In this document: in pieces, positions 38,450 through 47,144 of the stretch
Layout of the letters: each line of letters starts with the position of its first letter
Numbering within the stretch: position 1 is the first letter of the stretch
Position numbers and translations under genes: made by a program
Assembly: GCA_964057225.1 (NCBI GenBank)
Contig: OZ059899.1
Coordinates: forward strand, 16,244,001 to 16,308,000
Reading direction: 5' to 3'
From: Auanema rhodensis
Taxonomy: Eukaryota > Animalia > Nematoda
DNA length: 64,000 nucleotides
Notes under the pieces: model-generated
Seen by the model: only the letters and a program-made list of their open reading frames with translations
Told to the model about the DNA's origin: nothing
Databases searched by the model: none

Positions 38450-41400
38450 TTAGAAGATGTCCTGGAACTCGATCGTACTGTCCTTACTGGGTGATGTTCG
38501 TGACTGCTTGGCTGGTGGTAGGTCTGTTTCTGTCCTTTTTGTTCTCAGTTTTCTTGGTGGTGTTTGGGTGTCCTTTGATAAGGTTGGCTGAATGGTCTTT
38601 GGGACCATTTGCTTCAATAGGTCCTTGATCTGTCGGAGTTCATCCAATATTTCCTTGCCTTTGTCGTCATTGTTTGATCTCATAATAGTTCGAGTCAAAG
38701 TTGTAAGATCCTCACCGATGTTGCGGGTTGTGAGATCTATCCTTTTGAGTTCGGGCATAGCTTCTACGACTATAATGTTGCTCTTTGTAGTGGGAGCTGG
38801 ATCCCTTTCCTTCTGGACCTTTGTAAATCCATAAGGCATGTTCTTAAGATCGATAGAGCTAAGATGGTCCTTCTGAATGTTGCGGACGAGGTCTGTGAGG
38901 CGCTTCTCATTGCCAAAAATTCTAAGCTTTTCCTTTTCCATATTAAAAACATAAGATGTTTTAGCTGTAGATAGGAAATCTTTGAGCTTGATGTATGCTA
39001 TTAAAGCATTAGCTGCGACATCGTTGACCTTTCCGGTGGGGGTTTCCTTGTTCTCCTCTAAGCTAAAGAGAAGCTTCAGGGTGGAGTCCATGGTCCTAGT
39101 CAGTTCTTTGAGGCATTCGGTCCTCTTTTCCAAGGGAAGTCGGATGTATTTCTGGCATCTATGATTGGAGCGATCAATGACACCTTGAATATCGGAGCAG
39201 CGAGTAGTAGGAATAGACATTATAGTGAGTATGAATACGAGAAGGATGTGAGTCTTTCTTTTGTATAGAAGAAAGAGCTGGCGGGCGAAGAAGCTGGTGA
39301 CAGCGATGGGTAACCAGAGAATAATTTTTACGAGGTGAATGATGACATGGGCGGAGCTGACGGTGAATTTTGTTGCGTAAGCCGCGATGATGTGATAAGA
39401 AACAGCAAGGGCTAGCATTACTATAAGGATGCAGATTGCAATTTCTTTGTACCAGCCTAGGTAGATGTTGTAGAAATGGGTAATATCGGGCCATTGAAAG
39501 GTAATAGCTGTTTCGTGAAGTGAGGAGTGGTTTCCTTCTATGTAGTGTTTCTGCAGGTCCTGAATATTGCTGACGTAATATAATATTCCTGTTAGAAAGA
39601 AATATTGTATATTGTGTCCGCATGAATATGAACAGTTGATCCATGGTGATGCTGTAGTGATAGGTAATCGAATATTGTTTGATGTTCCTTTTGGACTGCA
39701 TTGTAGCATAAAGGCTGTGTCACCGCAGTTCGTGGCAGCTAAAGCATTTATGGGTGAAGTACATATGATGTTGGCTTGTGCTCCGTTTTGGCAGTTGTAG
39801 CATCCTCTAACCATTGAGTCATGGATTAAACATGTCGAGTCGTCGTGCGATGATGATACATTGAAGATTCCATCCACTGTTACATAAATTTCTGCCATCA
39901 TGTTGCGATAGATGTTGATTTCAAGGTTCCGTTGTGACTGTTCGATTGAGTAAGCAGGTGTGAATATAGGTAAAATGGTTTGAACACTGTTAAAGACTGA
40001 TTGAATGTTCTGGTTTTCACAATGGCAGTTGACTGAGTCTTCTGCAGGAGTGCATTCACACTGAGGGTTTGCTTTACAGTCCAATTTCTTTGCTTTTTCA
40101 TGAGATGAGCATGTCAGTGTAGACTTCATGTTCCATATGGCCAGTCTTGTCAAATTTCTAATAAATTGTCCTTGCATTCTTGGAATAATAGGAGGTGTTA
40201 GACTGATTGCGGAGAATTTGAAAGGATGTACGTCTGTTTGAATGTCCGAATGAAGCGTGATGTTCCGTGAAGTGGTTGTGGTTCCGTTCAGATAGGTGAT
40301 ATGTAGTTGTGTGGAAGGTATCCATTCGTTACATGAAAAGACTTCGTAAACAGATTTGTCTATAGGTTTCATGTAGGTGCGGTAGAAGAGGCATCCTGAA
40401 GATGGATAGAAGCAGCCACAGCCAAATCCTCCGCAGGATTCTGTGCAGTGTGTAGATCCAGGATATTGGTTGGCTAGTTCTAGTTCGTGAACCATGGTGT
40501 CCGATTGAATGGTGCTGCATTTGTTTTCTTGGCAAGATCCAGTTCTTGCGCATCTTTTGCTATTCTTTACATGAGTACTGGTTGCTCGGGTGAAGAAGAG
40601 TGAACGGATTTCACAGAAGTATGTTGTTTTGATCCATTGTATGCGCAGAAAGGAGAACTTGTTCTGATTGTTAGTGAACGTTAGGCATGCTTCTTGTGTG
40701 TACGGGCTGATAGTGAGAGATTGTCCAGTCTGTATCTTGCATGTTTCTTTGTTGCATGAGGATTCTTGGGAAGTGCTCATACTAAGTTCTTGGCAAGCCA
40801 TTGATTGGTGAATTAACAGAAGCGTTATTAATGGGATAACTGTTTTCTTGTTAAATCTATTTGTCCGGATGTATAGCTGTCCGAATAACGATGTGCATAT
40901 TGCGTATATGAAGTTGGTCCAAAGTCTGATGGCTTTTCCAATGACCCATGGTGAATGCAATAGTCCGTAGCAAATGGCTGTGATTATGTAGGTTATGAAG
41001 CTGAATAGTAACATAGAGGTCCAGGGCCAGCAAGATGGGTTAAATAATGTGGCTGAGCAGAACGTGCATGACACTGTAGAGCAAAAATGAACTGCTGGAC
41101 AGTTTAATGTCATGTATTGTAGTCTGGAGTTGTGATTAAAGGTCCAAGTTACTTCGTAGTCTGATAGGATGTCCTCAAGAGGAAGAGTTATCAATCCTCC
41201 TTCACTACTGTTGTAACAAGTGTTGTGTGAGCATACTTGTTGATTATCCGTGTTCATTCCTTGTATCAAGACTCCCTTTGGATTGCAGGAGATAGTTGGA
41301 TTGGCCATTGTTGTAGGTAGGAATATAGTGAATATTGTTAGAAGAGTGAGTATTGATGCAGTTTCTCCGTACCATTTTCTTTCAAGATTGCGAGGATTTT

Positions 41401-44400
41401 GTTGTCGTTGAGTGACTGCGGGGCTTATAGTTTCCAATTTCTGAAGAGTTTGTGGAATATTGTCCGTGGATAGTTCCATTGGGTGTAGTAAGTTGACTGG
41501 TCTTTTCAATTCTCTTCCATTCTCTGATAGAAGTGTGACTTCCCTTATATTACCCGCTGAGTCGGGGTGAATATTCGTAATTCGTCCTGTTGGCCATTTG
41601 TGTCTAGGAATTGGGCTATCGTTGATCAAAACGATTTGTCCAATTTCTGGTTTTGTGTTGGTGCCTGCTTTCTTCACGGATATTGTGTGGTGATGAGACT
41701 CTCGGAGTTCTTTGAGGTAGAGTTCAGACCATAGTTCCCAAAATTTGTTTGTCCGTTTACGGGAAGAGTGTAAGGCTAGTTCCGTATCTGCTTGTGTTTG
41801 AAGAGCTGGATTGTCGATGTATTCTGAATCTTCATCTTCAGATTCAATGTAGATGTTCAGATCTATGTCCTTATGGATGAAGTCGCATGGTCGAATGATT
41901 TCGTCTCTCGTCGTGTCTGATCCAATATAGGTTAGTGGTCGTGTGTTGATTGTCGCTTCACATTCTGCCAATGTGATTGACAATTCTTCTGTTGATGGTG
42001 TGCCGTGAAGTGTTTTGTATAAGGCATTTTTTACTGATCTTATGAGTCGTTCATAAAATCCTCCTTGCCATGGGGCGTATGGAGTTATGTTGTACCATTT
42101 GATTCGATGCTGATTCTCGGAAGTGTTAGTAGTGGCTGTTACGATGAGCTTGTTGGCGATTTTCTGTCCTAGCTCGAAGGTAGATGCATTGTCACATGTG
42201 ATGCTTTCTGGGCATCCTCGTCTGGCCCAAATTTTTCTCAAGCAACTCAAGAAAGATTTAGTAGTTAAATCTTCAATCACTTCCAAGTGAATGAGTCTTG
42301 TGACGGTACAGGTGTAGATGCAGCCCCAAGCTTTCTGGTTTCGGTCCTGTGTTGTTATGGGTCCGAAGTAGTCTAGTCCAACGTGTTGAAATGGGCGACT
42401 TTTCCTTATACGTCTGCTTGGTACATCTCCTGAAGGTGGGTAGATGTATGGCCGATTGTTCATCTTTTGACAATCAGGGCATTTCCTTATTACGGATTGA
42501 GTTTGTGAGCGAAGTTGCGGTATCCAGTATTTTTGGCGAATATCAGCCATTGTGTGTGCTGTGCTCTTGTGGAGTTGTCCGTGAACATGTTCGATTAATA
42601 ATCTTGCCGTTTTTGTTTTAGGTAAGATTATAATCGGTAGTTTTGCACTCTCTTCGAGTTCAGCATTGTTCATACGTCCTCTACTATACCATAAATGGTT
42701 TTTAAGTAAAGGTCGCAAATCGTTCCTTTGGGCTGCTGATAGCCTGACCATTAAATTGTTTTGATGAAGGTGAAGAAGATTGGTTTCTGCTTCTTCATAC
42801 ATGGAAGGCGTATGAGTTGTTGTGAGTGGGTAGTGTACGGATATCCATTTTTGTTGAGCTTCAATCCAGGATGAGCAGTCTGATATCCAAGGTTCTTCAT
42901 CGCTTGTTTCTGTAGTGGCTGCGTGTATCCGTATTTCTTCGTCACAGAGTGAAAACAGAGGTCCGTTTAAAGCTTTTTCTAGCTGTGCTTTTGGGTTCCA
43001 CCAAAAGTGATCCTCAAGTTCTTCAGTTGTGCAGCCTCTTGTGGCTAGGTCCGCTGGGTTGTCTTTGGTGTGGATGTATCCAAATGAAGTTTTTATGTCC
43101 AGATCTTCGAGCTCTTCAATGTGATTAGAAATTTCCTTGATTCGGTTCTGTACTAAAACTCCTGTCGTTTTTTGGTCTGGTTTTTTGCGAATCCAAGCAA
43201 GTGTTATTTCTGAGTCGGAGAGGAATGTAGCTGTTAGAATCTTGATGTTGTCCTGTATTTCCTTCACGATTTTTAGCGTGTTAAAAACTCCAATCGTTAG
43301 TGCCGAGATTTCAGCCTTTGGAATTGTTATTGTTGAGTTTTTGGAATGCAATTTAGATTTTGCGAATATTAAGGCTAATTGTCGTGTTGATGCTGCGATT
43401 AAGTAGCAGCAGAATCCTAATGCATTGCCGCTAGAATCGGTACATGTTACCAGATGGTATTGTCCATTGGTATCCGATGGTAGGGGACGGGGGATCCTTA
43501 TGTTGATGTGAAAATTTTCGCATAATTGTTTCCATCTGGTTTGGATTTCCATTGGTAGTGTAGTGTCCCAATCGAAACTTTCTGTCCATAGATTTTGAAG
43601 GAAGATTCGTAGTGGGTGTAAACTTGGGCAGATCATACCCATTGGATCGAAGATGGATGCGATAGCTTGTGTGACTCCTCTCTTTGTTAGCTTGGTTTCC
43701 GGGATTTGAGCTTGAATTATCCATTGGTCTGATAATGTGTCCCAGGGAAGTCCTAATATTTTAGGTGTTGTGGAGGCATTCCGTTCTTCAGGAGTCAGAT
43801 TTGAATTGAATATCTGATCGTTGGATATGAACTCTTGGAGTTTCATATTCATTTCCTGGAATATATCCTTTGTTTCGGAATACCACATTCTGACTTGGTC
43901 TGCTGAGTCAGAGGCAAGGAGTAAGTTGTCCACATAAAGATTGTCTTTGATTTTATGTGCTAAAAGACTTTCTGAGCTTTTCTTCTGTAGGTGGTGTCGT
44001 ATGGTGGCTCCGAGAAGGAATGGTGATGCATTGATGCCAAATGGTACTCGGCAGAATCGTAGAGTTCTGGTGTTGTCCGTGCTTAGTGGTTGATGAATAT
44101 CTCTGAGCCAAAAGAAACGAGTAGCATCTCTTTCTGACTCATGGAGTCGAATTTGTAAGAAGGCTTTTTGTACGTCCGCTATCATAGCTGTGTTTCCACA
44201 TCTAAATCTTAGAATCATTCCAATTAGTGATGGTAAGATTAGTGGTCCTTGGTGTATGACGTCGTTCAAGCTAGGCTTGTTTTGATAATGTCCAGAAGCA
44301 TCGTAGACAATCCTGATTTTAGTAGTCTCTTTCTGAGGAGTTACTACTGCTTGGTGAGCTATGTAATGGATCCTGTATGCGTTGGGATAAGGGTCCTTAG

Positions 44401-46744
44401 CTTCTTCGATTATTCCTAGGTCCAACTGTTCTTCAATTATTTTGTTGTATCCTTCGAGTAATGTTGGTTGTTGGGATAGTTTTAGTACAAGACTGGTGAG
44501 TCTTTTGAGTGCTAAAACTTTGTTGTCGGGGAGTAGATGGGCGTTGTCTTTCCATGGGAATGATACGTAGTAACCATCTTCTTTTTGTTGGATTGTTTCC
44601 TTGAATTGATCCAGAATTAGTTTGTCTCTGGCGGTTTTTTCCTCAGCTTCTGTTCCGGTGAATTCGCTTTGTTCTTCTACAAAGCTTTTGTTCCATATTG
44701 GAATTGAAATGGATAAGTCTTCCGATATTACTGAGTGAGCATTCAACGACTTCTGGTTTGTGGCTTGGCCGGTAATAAAGTCTCCGAACTGGGTGTGTAC
44801 TACCATGTGTTCCTTGGATAATGGTTCGACTGAGATTAATGCTTGCCACATGAGGTCAGATCCTATGAGGATTCTTGGAGTTATCTTCATATTTTTGTTC
44901 AGCTTGTAGCACGTGTTGGTCGGTTTAGAGAATCGGACGGTAGAAATAGGTCCTGTTAGGACTTTCTTAGTCCAAAGTTGTGCGAGGATGTGGGAATTGT
45001 GTCCTTTGAACATTGTTTCCACTTTGTTGAGTCTTTCGATTGATGCTGTGTTACCAAATGTTTTGATTTTGACTCTTTTGGATTCCACTATTGGGAGTTC
45101 CAGTTCCTTAGATAGGTCCTCGTCGATAAATGAAGTGTCTGATCCACAGTCTAGTAGGGCTGGGATTGATATGGTCCTGTCCTTATGAAGGAGCTCTATT
45201 TGTCCAATGGGTAACAATGCGCTGTGGTATTGGTTAGTTTTCGTTTGAGTTGAAAACTGTATAACGTGTTCCTCTTCGTCCTCGTCTTCCATGGGGAAGC
45301 TGTTCGTTAAGTTGACTTTTGTCGTTTTCTTTTTGAGGCAGAGAAGGTCAATATGTTTTCCTCCACAGTTCGAACATAAGCGCTTGCTTGGGCATGCTTC
45401 TGTTGCGTGAGATTTTCTGAGACAGTTTATGCATCTTTTGTCCTGATTCAGTATGGTCAGTCTCTCTTTCCTTGTCTTTGGAGTGTCACAGGTCCATGGG
45501 GCGTGTGGTTTTTGACAAAATATGCAGCTGTTCGAGGTTTGCTTACCGGAAGGTTTTTTGTTATCCGGTTTTGGACGGTTATTGGTGACAAAGTTCTGTC
45601 TGTTGTAGGATTGATGCATGGTTCTTGGAACCGGTTTCGTCTGCAGGTCCGATGAAATGTTTTTAACCTCTTGTTCATGTTGGAGGTATTTTTCGGTATT
45701 GTCCACTAGTTGTCTCCAGTTCATGTTCGAGTTGGATCCTGAGCGGTAGACTTCTTGCAGGATGTGTCCAGGCAGTTTTTGTTGAATAAGGACGATGGCA
45801 AGTGCATTGAGGGCAGCTTCATTGTTCCTTTCAGTTTGTCTTGCTATCCCATTAATTTTTCTCATAAGGAGCAATAAGTCCTTGTTGCTCGGAGATTGCG
45901 CTTTCAGTTGTATGAAATCGAGCATGAGATATCGGAGAATTTTGTCTTCGTGATCGTAGACACTTCTCAGGTAGCTTACCGCTGGGTGGTACGACTCTTC
46001 ATCAGTTGAAAATGAGGAAATCAATGAGGCTGCTTCACCCGTGAGTGATTGGCGAAGGTAATTGAACTTCTCAATGTCCTGTATGTTGGCGGTATGGATA
46101 AGCCGGTTGAAAAGTGTCCAGAAATTGGTCCAGTTCTTGATGTTACCATCAAACTTTGGAATGTCAACTGGTTTCACTGTCTGGCGATAGCGGTAATTAT
46201 CTTGGACTATCATAGGATGTCCTTGATTGATGTTGGTGTCCTGGTTCGAGGGAAATCCTCCAATTGACTCTTCAAGTTGTGGAGTTTGTAGACGAGGAAT
46301 TGTTCCTCTCAGGTCCTGATCTTGTCTCGAGTTGCGAAGAAACTCGATTTGTCCTTCGATATGGATTTTGTAGTCCGTGAGAGATTTGATGTGTCTTCTG
46401 AGAGTACACTCGTTGGCGGTTAGGCGTTCTTGATCCTCTGCCGTTAGGTTGTCCGTTATGTTTCTCATTTCCTCGATCAAGTTTTGGATTGCTTCGGTGT
46501 CCTCTTGGATAGATCTTATTTCCGTGAGACGAATTTCAATCATATTGGAGGCACGGTTAGAATGATAGTTAACCGTTCGGTTGACGAACGATTTCCTTTT
46601 GTTGTCCGATTCGCGAATCTTTTCCAATAGTTGGTAGCATTTTCCAATCCACGCTTCGGCGCGGGCTGCTTCACTAGGCTCGGCCTGATGCACCATGTTT
46701 TGCGCCGTCGTGTCCTTAGAAATGGGTGAGCGGAGCAGTGGCAT
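38450..46744 (-). CDS. Gag-protease-RT-RNase H-integrase-Env polyprotein, 2764 aa
   Basis: CCHC knuckles; LLDCGS protease; ADVQKAFLQI/PFG/YVDN reverse transcriptase; TDSS and DSEI RNase H; HHCC, GLDYFGP, CDNA and GGFYE integrase; then signal/TM segments and the phlebovirus Gc-like CTESCGGFGCGCFYPSSGCLF. Confidence 0.98.
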   Translation of the reverse strand: MPLLRSPISKDTTAQNMVHQAEPSEAARAEAWIGKCYQLLEKIRESDNKRKSFVNRTVNYHSNRASNMIEIRLTEIRSIQEDTEAIQNLIEEMRNITDNLTAEDQERLTANECTLRRHIKSLTDYKIHIEGQIEFLRNSRQDQDLRGTIPRLQTPQLEESIGGFPSNQDTNINQGHPMIVQDNYRYRQTVKPVDIPKFDGNIKNWTNFWTLFNRLIHTANIQDIEKFNYLRQSLTGEAASLISSFSTDEESYHPAVSYLRSVYDHEDKILRYLMLDFIQLKAQSPSNKDLLLLMRKINGIARQTERNNEAALNALAIVLIQQKLPGHILQEVYRSGSNSNMNWRQLVDNTEKYLQHEQEVKNISSDLQTKPVPRTMHQSYNRQNFVTNNRPKPDNKKPSGKQTSNSCIFCQKPHAPWTCDTPKTRKERLTILNQDKRCINCLRKSHATEACPSKRLCSNCGGKHIDLLCLKKKTTKVNLTNSFPMEDEDEEEHVIQFSTQTKTNQYHSALLPIGQIELLHKDRTISIPALLDCGSDTSFIDEDLSKELELPIVESKRVKIKTFGNTASIERLNKVETMFKGHNSHILAQLWTKKVLTGPISTVRFSKPTNTCYKLNKNMKITPRILIGSDLMWQALISVEPLSKEHMVVHTQFGDFITGQATNQKSLNAHSVISEDLSISIPIWNKSFVEEQSEFTGTEAEEKTARDKLILDQFKETIQQKEDGYYVSFPWKDNAHLLPDNKVLALKRLTSLVLKLSQQPTLLEGYNKIIEEQLDLGIIEEAKDPYPNAYRIHYIAHQAVVTPQKETTKIRIVYDASGHYQNKPSLNDVIHQGPLILPSLIGMILRFRCGNTAMIADVQKAFLQIRLHESERDATRFFWLRDIHQPLSTDNTRTLRFCRVPFGINASPFLLGATIRHHLQKKSSESLLAHKIKDNLYVDNLLLASDSADQVRMWYSETKDIFQEMNMKLQEFISNDQIFNSNLTPEERNASTTPKILGLPWDTLSDQWIIQAQIPETKLTKRGVTQAIASIFDPMGMICPSLHPLRIFLQNLWTESFDWDTTLPMEIQTRWKQLCENFHINIRIPRPLPSDTNGQYHLVTCTDSSGNALGFCCYLIAASTRQLALIFAKSKLHSKNSTITIPKAEISALTIGVFNTLKIVKEIQDNIKILTATFLSDSEITLAWIRKKPDQKTTGVLVQNRIKEISNHIEELEDLDIKTSFGYIHTKDNPADLATRGCTTEELEDHFWWNPKAQLEKALNGPLFSLCDEEIRIHAATTETSDEEPWISDCSSWIEAQQKWISVHYPLTTTHTPSMYEEAETNLLHLHQNNLMVRLSAAQRNDLRPLLKNHLWYSRGRMNNAELEESAKLPIIILPKTKTARLLIEHVHGQLHKSTAHTMADIRQKYWIPQLRSQTQSVIRKCPDCQKMNNRPYIYPPSGDVPSRRIRKSRPFQHVGLDYFGPITTQDRNQKAWGCIYTCTVTRLIHLEVIEDLTTKSFLSCLRKIWARRGCPESITCDNASTFELGQKIANKLIVTATTNTSENQHRIKWYNITPYAPWQGGFYERLIRSVKNALYKTLHGTPSTEELSITLAECEATINTRPLTYIGSDTTRDEIIRPCDFIHKDIDLNIYIESEDEDSEYIDNPALQTQADTELALHSSRKRTNKFWELWSELYLKELRESHHHTISVKKAGTNTKPEIGQIVLINDSPIPRHKWPTGRITNIHPDSAGNIREVTLLSENGRELKRPVNLLHPMELSTDNIPQTLQKLETISPAVTQRQQNPRNLERKWYGETASILTLLTIFTIFLPTTMANPTISCNPKGVLIQGMNTDNQQVCSHNTCYNSSEGGLITLPLEDILSDYEVTWTFNHNSRLQYMTLNCPAVHFCSTVSCTFCSATLFNPSCWPWTSMLLFSFITYIITAICYGLLHSPWVIGKAIRLWTNFIYAICTSLFGQLYIRTNRFNKKTVIPLITLLLIHQSMACQELSMSTSQESSCNKETCKIQTGQSLTISPYTQEACLTFTNNQNKFSFLRIQWIKTTYFCEIRSLFFTRATSTHVKNSKRCARTGSCQENKCSTIQSDTMVHELELANQYPGSTHCTESCGGFGCGCFYPSSGCLFYRTYMKPIDKSVYEVFSCNEWIPSTQLHITYLNGTTTTSRNITLHSDIQTDVHPFKFSAISLTPPIIPRMQGQFIRNLTRLAIWNMKSTLTCSSHEKAKKLDCKANPQCECTPAEDSVNCHCENQNIQSVFNSVQTILPIFTPAYSIEQSQRNLEINIYRNMMAEIYVTVDGIFNVSSSHDDSTCLIHDSMVRGCYNCQNGAQANIICTSPINALAATNCGDTAFMLQCSPKGTSNNIRLPITTASPWINCSYSCGHNIQYFFLTGILYYVSNIQDLQKHYIEGNHSSLHETAITFQWPDITHFYNIYLGWYKEIAICILIVMLALAVSYHIIAAYATKFTVSSAHVIIHLVKIILWLPIAVTSFFARQLFLLYKRKTHILLVFILTIMSIPTTRCSDIQGVIDRSNHRCQKYIRLPLEKRTECLKELTRTMDSTLKLLFSLEENKETPTGKVNDVAANALIAYIKLKDFLSTAKTSYVFNMEKEKLRIFGNEKRLTDLVRNIQKDHLSSIDLKNMPYGFTKVQKERDPAPTTKSNIIVVEAMPELKRIDLTTRNIGEDLTTLTRTIMRSNNDDKGKEILDELRQIKDLLKQMVPKTIQPTLSKDTQTPPRKLRTKRTETDLPPAKQSRTSPSKDSTIEFQDIF
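46681..46695 (-). promoter_or_regulatory. Primer-binding site complementary to the tRNA-Gly 3' end
   Basis: TGGTGCATC(A)GGCCG directly after the 5' LTR; invertebrate tRNA-Gly(GCC) ends …GATGCACCA (recalled). Confidence 0.8.
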
Positions 46745-47144
46745 AGTTGGTTCAGTGGTAGATTTTTGTAGTGCTCTTGATCGAAGAGAATATGGAGAGA
46801 ATATTTATTATGCAACGGTAACAAGAATAAATTCTTTTACACTATTGACACATGAGAATTTGAGGAATCCTCTCGGCTTATATACTAACGCGAGAGGCAA
46901 GATATAATGTTAACTTAGAGAATTCAGAGATACAAAAAGGGGGAGGAGAAGCAAGCGTTATCTCATGCTTATTCTGCGGAGATATGCGTGGGGGATGAGT
47001 AGCCTATGAGTCATGAGTAAAAAGAGCCTTAGGTTCAACTTACACGAATATTGATCAGTTAAAAGAGATTTATAAAGAATTACGAAGTATTAGAAAAAGA
47101 TAGAGTTTTTAAGGTTTTTTAGGAATATAGAGTGCTCAAGCACA
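46696..47144 (-). repeat. 5' LTR (449 bp) with TATATAA, AATAAA and the first 16 codons of the ORF
   Basis: TGTGCTTGAG…CAAAACA on the minus strand; first ATG at 46744. Confidence 0.97.

Larger units (their letters stand above)
37987..47144 (-). mobile_element. Full-length env-bearing BEL/Pao (Belpaoviridae) LTR retroelement, 9158 bp
   Basis: Two 449-bp LTRs, a 5-bp target-site duplication GGCTA (37982-37986 and 47145-47149), a primer-binding site and one uninterrupted polyprotein. Confidence 0.98.

Noticed and set aside
46741-46815. Complete tRNA gene or Pol III promoter inside the LTR
   Set aside because: Similarity to tRNA-Gly stops after 22 nt; there is no anticodon or T arm and no convincing B box. 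Treated as a pairing site instead.
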